A DNA stretch of 64,000 nucleotides from positions 113,236 to 177,235 of the forward strand of contig JBGAIQ010000006.1 in NCBI GenBank assembly GCA_044225365.1, given 5' to 3'. Origin of the DNA: Planctomycetota bacterium (lineage in GTDB: Bacteria > Planctomycetota > B15-G4 > JADJEK01). Made by a program: the position numbers and the translations under genes. Under the pieces are notes generated by a model, which worked only from the letters and a program-made list of their open reading frames with translations, was not told the origin of the DNA and ran no database searches. Positions 1 through 9,162 of this stretch are shown here, piece after piece. The stretch's first letter is position 1. Each line of letters starts with the position of its first letter.

Positions 1-847
1 ATGCACTGACCTGCTCGAACTCGACGGATGCTCTTGCGCCGGCTCGATCCTCCTCGACGAGATCCCGCGTGGCGGTCGACGTGGCCGCGACGACGATCGG
101 TGCATTCGAGTCCGGGCTCGAGCTCGGCAGTGGATTCGCCGCCACCCGTTCCCGCGCCGCGAGAGAACCTCCGTCGCGCATCTCGAATAGGATCCCGATC
201 GCGACGACGAGAAGAGCCGCGGCTCCGATCAACAGAATCTTCTTCATCATCAACGCTCCTTCCAGCGTGGCGACGAGAGACGAGGAAGTGGCGCCCTTCG
301 AGAGGACAGGAAGCAGCGCGGCCCGCCAGTCCATGCCGCGGGCTCCGAACCGCCCTTCGAGCCGTTGGCGCAACTGCGCGAGCGCGCGCTGACTTCGACT
401 TCGCACCGTCGATGCGCCGATCCCCAGCTTCTTCGAGATCTCCGCGGGCGTCATCTCCTCGAGATAGAGCCAGATCACCGTCGATCGATACGGCTCCTCG
501 AGCCGGAACACCGCTTCGAGCACGAGCCCGCGAATCGTCTCGCGTTCGAGAACGTCTTCCGGGGACGGCAGATCGCTCGCCCCGACGACGCGCCCTTCGT
601 GAAAGCGACGGCGACCCTCCCTGCGCAAGCGCTCGCGCAGGAAGTTCCGAAACACGGTTCGCAGGAACGAGGGGAGAGCGGCTGCGTGACGTGGCGGATG
701 AGACGCCACGCGCACGAGCGTTTCCTGAACGACCTCATCCTGCTCGGCCGGATCGGAGAGCAACGCGCGCGCGAGCGAGCGCAGCTTCGACTCGTGCCGG
801 AGAGCGAGGTCGAGCGCTTCTTCGGACCAGTTTCGTTCGCCGTCCAT
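1..847 (-). CDS. ECF sigma-70 factor with C-terminal transmembrane/extension domain (partial, runs off left edge)
   Basis: Absent from the ORF track because there is no stop in the window. Manual translation from ATG at 847 gives MDGERNWSEEALDLALRHESKLRSLARALLSDPAEQDEVVQETL (region 2) and LEEPYRSTVIWLYLEEMTPAEISKKLGIGASTVRSRSQRALAQLR (region 4 HTH). A hydrophobic segment (ILLIGAAALLVVAIGILF) follows, and the frame appears open to the window edge. Confidence 0.85.
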   Translation of the reverse strand, partial: MDGERNWSEEALDLALRHESKLRSLARALLSDPAEQDEVVQETLVRVASHPPRHAAALPSFLRTVFRNFLRERLRREGRRRFHEGRVVGASDLPSPEDVLERETIRGLVLEAVFRLEEPYRSTVIWLYLEEMTPAEISKKLGIGASTVRSRSQRALAQLRQRLEGRFGARGMDWRAALLPVLSKGATSSSLVATLEGALMMKKILLIGAAALLVVAIGILFEMRDGGSLAARERVAANPLPSSSPDSNAPIVVAATSTATRDLVEEDRAGARASVEFEQVSA

Positions 848-913
848 GATCACGAAGGAAGACGCCGGCGCGGCGCGGCGCGTTGCAACAAAATGACGAG
901 ACGGTCGAACCGG

Positions 914-1510
914 TCAGGACTCGTCGTCACCCTTCGCGTCGACGAGCCTCGCGAGTTGGGCGAGTCCCCGAAACAGCAGATGACGCACCGAGTCCTCGGT
1001 CTTGCCCATCCGTTGCGCGACCTCCGCACGCGAGAGACCGAGCACGCGCGACAGGATCACCGCCTCCCGATAGTCCGGCGACAACTGATCGAACGCGCCT
1101 TCGATCTGCTCGAGAGCTTCCTTGCCGCGCACGAGGGCGCTCGGGCCCGCGCTCTTGCGATACACGTCGAGGAGTGCGTCATCGCCGCCGGCCTCTCGCT
1201 TCACGTCGCGCCGTTCCGCCTTCCAGAAGTTCGCGCGATCCGCGACCTTTCTCGCCGCAGCGGTGCAGAGCCAGGCGCGGAATGCTGCTTCGCCCTCCCA
1301 CTTGAATCCCGAGAGGTTCGCCAGGACATCTCGAAACACGGATTGCACGAGGTCGGATGCGCTCTCCTTCGCTCGCAGCTCCGGACCCGCCTTCAGGCGC
1401 ACGAATGCACGGACCTGCGGGATGTGATGCGCGATGAGAGCCTCGACGGCCTCCTTGTCCCCGGTCGCGGCGCGTGCGACGAGCTCGGCTTCGGAATCGT
1501 TATCGGTCAT
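914..1510 (-). CDS. ECF RNA polymerase sigma factor
   Basis: Region 2 (ESASDLVQSVF...FRAWL) and region 4 (LSPDYREAVILSRVLGLSRAEVAQRMGKTEDSVRHLLFRGL); 198 aa; start overlaps the surE stop. Confidence 0.92.
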   Translation of the reverse strand: MTDNDSEAELVARAATGDKEAVEALIAHHIPQVRAFVRLKAGPELRAKESASDLVQSVFRDVLANLSGFKWEGEAAFRAWLCTAAARKVADRANFWKAERRDVKREAGGDDALLDVYRKSAGPSALVRGKEALEQIEGAFDQLSPDYREAVILSRVLGLSRAEVAQRMGKTEDSVRHLLFRGLAQLARLVDAKGDDES

Positions 1511-2219
1511 CGCTCGATCTCTTCGACGCCTCCGGCGCCTGTCCCATCACACTGATCGCGACGCGTCCACCGAAGCAGATCGCGACGTCGTGCGCATCCA
1601 TTGCAACCCTGCGATGGTAGTCGCCTCGATAATGATACTCACCCTTCGACTCCTCGAATCGGATCGGGAGCGGCGAGGGGTCGACGGGAACGAGCGACGT
1701 ACCCGGGAACGCGCTGTCGCGATCGAGATGCGGGAGATTCACGTTGGTGAGACGGCCCTTCGCGTCCTCGCGCGCCAGCACTTCGCGCAGGACGAGCATC
1801 GTCCATTCGCTCGCTCGATTCCAATCGATCTCGCGACCCCGCGCGAGATAGTGGGAGAAGGCGATTCCCGTCACGCCGTGGAAGCTCGCCTCACGCGCCG
1901 CCGCGACCGTTCCCGAATAGAAGACGTCGACTCCGAGGTTTCCGCCGCGATTGATGCCTGACAGCACGACGTCCACTGCCGGCACCAGCACCTCGAGTCC
2001 GAGCCGAACGCAATCCGCGGGCGTTCCATGGATCACGTACCTTCGTTCGCCGTTCGGCTCGACCTTGATCGGCTCGTGCGTCGTCACCCGATGCCCGCAG
2101 CCCGACCACTCGCGAGCCGGCGCGGCCACGAACACTTCCCCGAAAGCGGAGGCGGCGCGAGAGAGAGCTTCGAGCCCCGGAGCGTCGTGCCCATCGTCGT
2201 TGGTGAGAAGGAACCGCAT
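1500..2219 (-). CDS. surE: 5'/3'-nucleotidase SurE
   Basis: Signature motifs LLTNDDG, GTPADCV, SGINRGGNLG..YSGTVAAA, NVNLP. Confidence 0.95.
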   Translation of the reverse strand: MRFLLTNDDGHDAPGLEALSRAASAFGEVFVAAPAREWSGCGHRVTTHEPIKVEPNGERRYVIHGTPADCVRLGLEVLVPAVDVVLSGINRGGNLGVDVFYSGTVAAAREASFHGVTGIAFSHYLARGREIDWNRASEWTMLVLREVLAREDAKGRLTNVNLPHLDRDSAFPGTSLVPVDPSPLPIRFEESKGEYHYRGDYHRRVAMDAHDVAICFGGRVAISVMGQAPEASKRSSDDR

Positions 2220-2383
2220 CTACGACCGAGGATAACGCAGGACGACGCTACCGCCGCCAACGAACCGATTTCGCCGATCCACTCAAGTTGGGCGAAGGAA
2301 TTGCCGATGAGGAACGCACGATCCGGCTCGACGAGACGGCGGTCCAACGAGCCCGTTGCAACCTCGCACCGAGGGAGGAACTC

Positions 2384-2848
2384 ATGTTTCATTGCGCCCG
2401 TAGAACGTCCCTTCTCGTGCTCCTCGCGCTCTCCAGCGCGGCTGTCATCGCGCATCAGCTCTTCGCGCAGACGCCCGTGATCTCGACTCCCGATACCTAC
2501 AAGGAGATCGTGACGCTCACGACCGACTCGAACGGTATCCATGGCAAGGACCCGCAGTCGACGCTCTACACGGTGCCGACGAAGCGCACCTTCGTGATGA
2601 CGACCCTCGTCATCGCGAACGACCAGGACAACTACACGGACGTCCTCGTCAAGGAGAACAGCTCTCGCAAGATCGCGCTGATCCGCGTCCCCCAGAACAC
2701 GACGATCAGTTGCGAGTTCCCGAGCGGCGTCGAGTGGGTCGCGGACTCCAAGGTCAACGTCGAGAACCTGGGCGGCCCGTCCGGCACGGCTCAGGGCGAC
2801 ATCCACGTCACGATCAACGGATTCCTGAAGAAGCCCGTCACGACCTGA
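2384..2848 (+). CDS. hypothetical secreted protein
   Basis: ATG at 2384 after a GGAGG RBS; signal-peptide-like N-terminus; beta-rich mature part; typical GC3 codon usage. Confidence 0.75.
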   Translation: MFHCARRTSLLVLLALSSAAVIAHQLFAQTPVISTPDTYKEIVTLTTDSNGIHGKDPQSTLYTVPTKRTFVMTTLVIANDQDNYTDVLVKENSSRKIALIRVPQNTTISCEFPSGVEWVADSKVNVENLGGPSGTAQGDIHVTINGFLKKPVTT

Positions 2849-2934
2849 CCAGGCTCGACTTCGCCGTTTCCGCGGCCGGGCGGAAGGGTGTACGATTCCC
2901 CCATCGCGATCACAACATCGCGTAGGGGCGAATC

Positions 2935-3312
2935 ATGGACTTCTTCGTCGTACTGTTCGCGATCTGGCTCGTCTTCCGATTCCTCAGCGATCGCCTCGAT
3001 CGAGCGCGCCTCCGCGGACACATGGTCTCGATCGGCTACGACGTCACCGAGATCCGATGGGCCCCCTTCGGACCGGGTTGGTTCGGCCCCCCCGGCGACC
3101 GCATCTATCTCATCACGTACACGGACGCGCGCGGCGAGACGTTTGGTTCGTTCGTGAAGACGAGTCTCACCACCGGGATCTTCTTCACGTACAACCGCCC
3201 CGCCGAGGCCGTTCAGAGCACCAGCCTAGAACTCGCGCAACTCCGCGAGGAGAATGCGCAGCTCCGATCGGAACTCGAAGCACTGCACGGCCCGAGTTCG
3301 ACCGCGTCGTGA
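2935..3312 (+). CDS. hypothetical membrane-anchored protein with C-terminal coiled coil
   Basis: N-terminal hydrophobic helix; C-terminal LELAQLREENAQLRSELEAL. Confidence 0.7.
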   Translation: MDFFVVLFAIWLVFRFLSDRLDRARLRGHMVSIGYDVTEIRWAPFGPGWFGPPGDRIYLITYTDARGETFGSFVKTSLTTGIFFTYNRPAEAVQSTSLELAQLREENAQLRSELEALHGPSSTAS

Positions 3313-3335
3313 CTTCGAGGAATGGGGATGAAGAT

Positions 3336-3353
3336 GCCACGCTGGAGCGTGGC
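3336..3353. repeat. REP-like palindrome GCCACGCT-GG-AGCGTGGC
   Basis: Perfect 8-bp stem in an intergenic position; identical 18-mer at 63961-63978. Confidence 0.75.
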
Positions 3354-3556
3354 GATCCGAGGACTTGGACCGCCCGGCATGGAATGGGAAGGAAGATGCC
3401 ATGCTGAGTGAATCGAAACCGGGCGCGGATTCGCGCATCGAAGCACGGCCTCGCCCCGGCATTTCTCCGCAAGAATCTCGATCCAGTTCGCCGGCGGATG
3501 CGTAACGCTGGGCGTCTGCGGCCGACATTCACCTCGTCCTCGTTGGGAGCGAAGCC

Positions 3557-4447
3557 GTGAAGTTCCTCGTCCTCGCATCGATCTTCCTCCTTCCCGCTCA
3601 GGTCGTCGGCGATCGCGCCGAGCTGCGGCTCTCCCCCAAGAAGAACTCGTCGATCACCTACAAGGTGACGTCGGAAGTGACGCAGTCGATCGACATCGGC
3701 GGCAAGAAGGTCGACTCGACGACCGATCTCGAACGCAGCTACGTCTTCGCCTACGGCAACGCCGACGCCGATGGCACACTGAACGCGACGCTGACCTTCG
3801 GTCCGATCAAGGGGACGCGGAAGGATGGCGCGGGCGAGGCCGTGCACTTCGACTCGACGAGCGCGGCAGCCGAGGGGAAGGCCGCCACGCTCGAAGCCGG
3901 CATCGAGGTCGCGCTGAAGCTCAGCAAGCAGGCCGACATCGTCGAAGCGAAGGGTCTCGCGGGTTCGTTGAAAGCTCGCCTCACCGATCTCACGAAGGGC
4001 GACGCGAAGGCCACCGAAAAGGTGAAGCCGCTCGCCGCCAAGCTCACCGACGATCACTCGAAGAAGGCGCTCGTCGGCCTCGTCCCGCGCCTGCCGAAAT
4101 CGGCGGTCGCCGTCGGCGATCAGTTCGTCGTCGAGCACGGCTGGCACCACTGCTTCGACGTCGTGCGTTGCGTCGAGTTCGACCAGAAGTGCAAGGTCAT
4201 CGCGATCGACTCGGACACCGTCACGATCGAAGTCACGGGCGACAGTCCCGCCAGCGAATCCTCGATCCCGGCCTTCTCCGTCGGCGGCGTCTCGATGGGC
4301 GGCACCCTGGTGTTCTCCCGCAACGATGGCCTCCTGAAATCGATGAACATCCGCGAGAACGTCGCAACGACCGAAAGCACCGCCGCCGGCGGCGTCGCCA
4401 CCGCGACGACGGTCACCGTGACGCGATTCGAACGCTCAGGCCGTTGA
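3557..4447 (+). CDS. hypothetical secreted protein
   Basis: GTG start, signal peptide MKFLVLASIFLLPAQ, 296 aa, normal codon usage. Confidence 0.75.
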   Translation: MKFLVLASIFLLPAQVVGDRAELRLSPKKNSSITYKVTSEVTQSIDIGGKKVDSTTDLERSYVFAYGNADADGTLNATLTFGPIKGTRKDGAGEAVHFDSTSAAAEGKAATLEAGIEVALKLSKQADIVEAKGLAGSLKARLTDLTKGDAKATEKVKPLAAKLTDDHSKKALVGLVPRLPKSAVAVGDQFVVEHGWHHCFDVVRCVEFDQKCKVIAIDSDTVTIEVTGDSPASESSIPAFSVGGVSMGGTLVFSRNDGLLKSMNIRENVATTESTAAGGVATATTVTVTRFERSGR

Positions 4448-5028
4448 TGCTCGGGCCGCGGGGCCGTCCTGGCGCGCTCAGGCCGCGCGGGCCTTTCCTC
4501 CGGCGCTCAGGCCGCGCGGGCCTTTCGCTCGGGCCGCGAACTGGCCCTCGGACGCTCCGGCCGCGGGGCCGTCCTGGCGTTCGCCCGCCAGCCGTGCGGG
4601 CACTAGGTTTGGATTGCCTGCGGCGGCGGAGGTCGTGCGCTCGACGTGGTGGGCGCAAGGAAGCTCCGCTCGGCTCCGCGCGCGGCGGACCGCGCATGCT
4701 CCGCTCGCGGACTTCCTCGCGCCGCCCACTGTGAGCGTTTTTTGAAAGAAGAGAAGATATGCGGAGCGCCGGGCTCCGCCCGGCAACTTCATGAGATGCC
4801 GGGCGGAGCCCGGCGCCCTTATTGAATCTCCTTCCCCATTCGCGCTTAGAGGGAAGCGCGAGCGGGAGTCCGTTCGCGAAGCATGCGCGGTCCGCCGCGC
4901 GCGGAGTCGAACGGAGCTCCCCTCGCGCACACCTCGTAGAGCGCAAACACTACGCCGCCGCAGGCAACACCAACGCAGTGCCCGCGCGGCTGGCGGGCGA
5001 ACGCCAGGACGGCCCCGCGGCCCGAGCA
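4448..5028. mobile_element. MITE/REPIN-like element with 27-bp perfect terminal inverted repeats and nested internal inverted repeats
   Basis: TGCTCGGGCCGCGGGGCCGTCCTGGCG (4448-4474) is the exact reverse complement of 5002-5028. Long imperfect IR arms lie at ~4559-4720 and ~4856-5022. There is a central REP pair at ~4763-4817 and tandem GCTCAGGCCGCGCGGGCCTTTC copies at 4476 and 4505. No transposase or target-site duplication seen. Confidence 0.6.
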
Positions 5029-5029
5029 C

Positions 5030-6958
5030 CTACACTTCTATCCTTGCCCCCAGCTCGACGACGCGATTGGGCGGCAAGTCGAAGTAGGAGGTCGCGGAGG
5101 ACGAGTTGCGCGAGAGGAATTCGAAGAGGAGCTTGCGCGATCGCACCACGACGGGGCCGCGATCGGTGACCACGATCGTCTCGCGGCCGAGGAAGTAGCT
5201 CACTTCATCGGGATCGATGGCGAGTCCACGGCCGCGGCAGAGCTCGAGCACGCGGGGCGCTGTCATCGTTTCCATGAAGCCCTGCCGCGCCGTGACGCGC
5301 CACAAGCCCTGTCCGAGGTTCGTCACCTCGACGCGTTCGTCGAGCTTCACGCGAGGCGTCGGCATCACTTCGAACGTGAGGAGGATGACGCGCTTGTGCA
5401 GCACCTTGCAGTGCTTGAAGAAGTGCAGGAGCACGTGCGGCACACCGCCGGATCGCGCGGAGAGGAAGACGCCGGTGCCCTCGACGCGAGTCACGTCGTG
5501 CTGGCGGAGGTCCTCGAGGAACGCTTCCATCGGGAACAGCGGACCGCGCGTGAGATAGGAATCGCGACCGTTCTTCCACGTGCTCATGACGAGGAAGAGG
5601 ATGAGTCCGGCAACGATGGGCACCCATGCGCCGTGGAGGATCTTTGCGAGACTCGACGTCAGGAATGGCAACTCGATCGCGATGAAAAGACCCGTGAGGG
5701 CCGCGGCGGCCCACAAACCCCAACCCCAACGCCTTCGAGCCACGACGTAGAGCAACATCGTGGTCGTCAGCATCGCTCCCATCACCGCGACGCCGTACGC
5801 GCCTGCGAGTCCGGAGGACGATCGGAACGCGAGCACGAGTGCGATGCAGCCGACCATCAACATCGCGTTGACGACGGGAACGTAGATCTGACCGCGCATC
5901 TGCGACGACGTGTGATCGACGCGCAGGCGCGGCAGATAACCGAGACGCATCGCCTGCTGCGCCATCGAGTAGGCGCCCGAGATCAATGCCTGTGACGCGA
6001 TGATCGCGGCGAACGTGGCAATGACGACGAGCGGGTAGAGGAACCAGCTCGGCGCGAGCTTGTAGAACGGATTCACCGCGGCGTCGGGACCATCCGTGAG
6101 GACGAGCGCGCCCTGGCCGAAGTAGTTGAGCAGCAGCGCGGGATACGCGATGAAGAACCACGCGTAGCGAATCGGCTTCTTGCCGAAGTGTCCCATGTCG
6201 GCGTAGAGAGCTTCGGCGCCGGTGATACAGAGCACGACCGAACCCAGGATGAAGAAGGCATCCTTGCCTTCGTCCTGGAAGAACTGAACGGCGTGCATCG
6301 GATTGATCGCACCGAGGATCTCGGGGTGTTTCAGGATCGAGGGCACTCCGAGGATCCCGATCGTCACGAACCACACGACCATCACGGGACCGAACACGCG
6401 ACCGATGTCGCCCGTCCCATAGGACTGGACGAGGAAGAGCGCGAGCAGGATGACGCATGACAATGGCACGACGAACGGTTCGAACTTGTCGGTCGCAACG
6501 TTGAGACCCTCGACCGCGCCGAGCACCGAGATCGCGGGCGTGATCATCCCGTCGCAGAACAGGAGCGCGGTGGCGAACAGTCCACACGCGACGAGCGTGC
6601 GCAAGACCGTGGGCGAGAGATGCTCGCCCTTCTTCATGTTCGAGACGTGCGGCTGGACGAGCGCGATCAGCGCCATCAGTCCACCGTCCCCTTCGTTGTC
6701 CGCGCGAAGGACGAACGTCAGATACTTGAGGACGACGATCAACGTGATCGCCCAGAACACGAGCGAGAGCAGCCCGTAGACATTCGACGCGTTGATCGCG
6801 ATTCCCGAATGCTCCGAGAAGCACTCTTTGATCGTGTAGAGCGGCGAAGTGCCGATGTCGCCGTAGACGACGCCGAGGGCGGCGAGGCCCAGAGCCATCA
6901 GTTCCTTGCGCGATCTAGGCTCGGCGTGTGCGTCCTTTGGGACGGCAACGGATTGCAT
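5030..6958 (-). CDS. kup: KUP/HAK/KT potassium uptake protein
   Basis: GVVYGDIGTSPLY, LRADNEGDGG, DGMITPAISVL, GAEALYADMGHFG, NRVVELG. Confidence 0.97.
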   Translation of the reverse strand: MQSVAVPKDAHAEPRSRKELMALGLAALGVVYGDIGTSPLYTIKECFSEHSGIAINASNVYGLLSLVFWAITLIVVLKYLTFVLRADNEGDGGLMALIALVQPHVSNMKKGEHLSPTVLRTLVACGLFATALLFCDGMITPAISVLGAVEGLNVATDKFEPFVVPLSCVILLALFLVQSYGTGDIGRVFGPVMVVWFVTIGILGVPSILKHPEILGAINPMHAVQFFQDEGKDAFFILGSVVLCITGAEALYADMGHFGKKPIRYAWFFIAYPALLLNYFGQGALVLTDGPDAAVNPFYKLAPSWFLYPLVVIATFAAIIASQALISGAYSMAQQAMRLGYLPRLRVDHTSSQMRGQIYVPVVNAMLMVGCIALVLAFRSSSGLAGAYGVAVMGAMLTTTMLLYVVARRRWGWGLWAAAALTGLFIAIELPFLTSSLAKILHGAWVPIVAGLILFLVMSTWKNGRDSYLTRGPLFPMEAFLEDLRQHDVTRVEGTGVFLSARSGGVPHVLLHFFKHCKVLHKRVILLTFEVMPTPRVKLDERVEVTNLGQGLWRVTARQGFMETMTAPRVLELCRGRGLAIDPDEVSYFLGRETIVVTDRGPVVVRSRKLLFEFLSRNSSSATSYFDLPPNRVVELGARIEV

Positions 6959-7061
6959 GAGCGGACCCGACTGGCCGAAGGGCGAATCCCGACGATTCTA
7001 GGCGCGGGCGTGCGCGATGCAGCGAAAACGCGGATTCACGCGTAAATACGGCGTTAGAGAC

Positions 7062-8288
7062 TCACTCCGTGTAGTCAAGACTCTTGCCGTGTGTCTCCTC
7101 GACGGGAACGAGCGCGAGTAACGCGATCGCGACAGCGACGACACCGACACGGAGCGCTGCACCGTCGTAGCCATGCTCGCCCTTCCACATCGTGAGCAGC
7201 GCGGTGAGGAGCGGAACGGTTCCGCGCACGAAGTTCGGCGCCGTCGTCGCGACGGTCGCGCGGATGTTCGTGCCGAACTGCTCTGCCGCGAGCGTGACGA
7301 AGACCGACCAGTAGCCGCCTGCGATGCCGATGACGAAACAACTGACGTTGAACGCGAAGAGACTCCTCGGTCCGTAGAGGAAGTAGAGCGCCACCGCGGG
7401 AACGTGCAGTGCGAGGAAGAGAAGCACGACGCGCTTCCTCGCGCCGAAGATCTGGCTCAGGAAACCACTGAGAATGCCGCCGATCGCAAGGCCGGTGTAG
7501 CTCCACAGGACGGCGTCGGACGATTTCGGCGTCGGGTCCATCCCGAGCGCCTTCCCGATCTCCGGTGCGAACAGCACGAGGATGCCGATCACGTACCACG
7601 TTGGCACGCCGATGAAGACGACGCCGAGGTAGCGCAGCAATCGCGCGGGCGGCCAGAACAGGAGGCCGATCGATCCGCGCTTCACGCCCTCCGACTTCGC
7701 CTTCTCGAACATCCCAGACTCGAACGTACCGAATCGCAGCGCGAGGAGCGCGAGGCCGAGCACGCCACCGATGGTGTACGCGCGACGCCAGTCGCCACCT
7801 CCGACGAGCGACGCGACGACGGCGCCGAACACGCCGACGAACGCGACGAGCGTCGTTCCATATCCGCGGGTCTCCTTCGACATCAATTCGGCGACGAGCG
7901 TCACGCCGGCGCCGAGTTCTCCCGCGAGGCCGACGCCCGCGATGAATCGCAGCAGCCGATACATCTCGATCGAATGCACGTGCGCGTTCAGGAGATTCGC
8001 GAGCGAGTACATCAGGATGGTGCCGAACAGCACGGACAAGCGCCCGCGCTTGTCGCCGAGCACGCCCCACAGGATGCCGCCGATCAGCATCCCGTACATC
8101 TGGGTGTCGATCAGCATCTTGCCGGTCGTCGTGATCGCCTCGGGATCGGTGACTCCGAGGTCCTTCAAACTCGCGACGCGTACGACCGCGAACAGGATCA
8201 GATCGTAGATGTCGACGAAATAGCCGAGCGCGGCGACGAGCACGACGAGTCCGACGCGACGCGAATTGCGATCCTCGAGCATGCGCAC
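7062..8288 (-). CDS. MFS transporter
   Basis: About 12 TM segments; motif A GVLGDKRGR; GYFVDIYD; AGELG; AEQFGTNIRAT. Confidence 0.93.
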   Translation of the reverse strand: MRMLEDRNSRRVGLVVLVAALGYFVDIYDLILFAVVRVASLKDLGVTDPEAITTTGKMLIDTQMYGMLIGGILWGVLGDKRGRLSVLFGTILMYSLANLLNAHVHSIEMYRLLRFIAGVGLAGELGAGVTLVAELMSKETRGYGTTLVAFVGVFGAVVASLVGGGDWRRAYTIGGVLGLALLALRFGTFESGMFEKAKSEGVKRGSIGLLFWPPARLLRYLGVVFIGVPTWYVIGILVLFAPEIGKALGMDPTPKSSDAVLWSYTGLAIGGILSGFLSQIFGARKRVVLLFLALHVPAVALYFLYGPRSLFAFNVSCFVIGIAGGYWSVFVTLAAEQFGTNIRATVATTAPNFVRGTVPLLTALLTMWKGEHGYDGAALRVGVVAVAIALLALVPVEETHGKSLDYTE

Positions 8289-8362
8289 TCCCGAACGGGA
8301 TTCGAGCGCGGCGCATGCTACCCGCCGCAGCGTGCGTTGAAGAGCCCGCAGGGCGCTTCAGC

Positions 8363-9037
8363 TCATTGCACCTTCAGCCAGGTGTTCCCATCGCCGCCGA
8401 GCCAGTTGGCCTGATCGACCGGCAAGGTACCCATTCCGAACGACAGGATCGGATAGGCGTCGAGGCCGACCGGGGGCGTGTTCAGTCCGTGGTGATCGAG
8501 GAACGAAGCGTCGCATCCGACCGCCACGCCCTGATCGTTGATCGCGAACGTGCGACGCGCGGCCGAGGAGCTGCGCTTCGGCCAGGCGTAGACGATGAAC
8601 TTCGATTCGGCGAGATTCGGGTCGAGGGAGCCTGCGACGAAACCCCCGCCCGCATGTTCGAGCTGAGGCGTACCGAAAGCCGCGGGCAGGAAGAGCGCAA
8701 AGCAGTAGCCGTCGAGCGAGCCGTAGCCGTTCGAGTCGATCACGCCGAGTTCGGGAGTGAAGGGAAACGCGACCTGCGACAGGAGGAGGGTGCCATCGTC
8801 GCGCAGCGGGACCTGATTCGCCATCTCGCCGAGCGAGCCGTACTCGCCGACGCCGTCGTGATCCTCATCGACGACTTTCAGGGCCTTGAAGGCCACCTCC
8901 GCGAAGTAGATCTCCCGCAGTTTGTCGAGAGCGGCTTGCTCCATCGGCTTGAGCTTCGACGGCGGGGGCGCGGCGTTCGAGCCGCCGGGAACGATGAGGA
9001 CGACCGACACCGCGAGGAGGGACGCGAACCGAATCAT
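8363..9037 (-). CDS. secreted protein with pilin-like/DUF2950-like domain
   Basis: Signal peptide; LREIYFAEVAF..VVDEDHDGVGEYGSLGEM; GYCF; FIVYAWP...RTFAINDQG. Confidence 0.65.
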   Translation of the reverse strand: MIRFASLLAVSVVLIVPGGSNAAPPPSKLKPMEQAALDKLREIYFAEVAFKALKVVDEDHDGVGEYGSLGEMANQVPLRDDGTLLLSQVAFPFTPELGVIDSNGYGSLDGYCFALFLPAAFGTPQLEHAGGGFVAGSLDPNLAESKFIVYAWPKRSSSAARRTFAINDQGVAVGCDASFLDHHGLNTPPVGLDAYPILSFGMGTLPVDQANWLGGDGNTWLKVQ

Positions 9038-9127
9038 GGAAGGTAGCCGTTTCTGGGCCCTTCCGTGATCGGATCGGGGGGAGTCCGAGTTGAGCGCGAT
9101 GTGCGCACTTTTTTGGCCAATCCGCTT

Positions 9128-9147
9128 ACATCATCGCTTCATGATGC
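9128..9147. promoter_or_regulatory. candidate SahR operator (CATCAT-N6-ATGATG palindrome)
   Basis: ACATCATCGCTTCATGATGC lies 15 bp upstream of the ArsR-methyltransferase start and resembles the ATCA-N8-TGAT core of SahR sites. Confidence 0.6.
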
Positions 9148-9162
9148 TATGTTTATCGAGTC

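Noticed and set aside
4413-5169. Mutually similar short ORFs (e.g. MLGPRGRPG...) in the gap next to kup
   Set aside because: They are translations of the inverted-repeat element, not genes.
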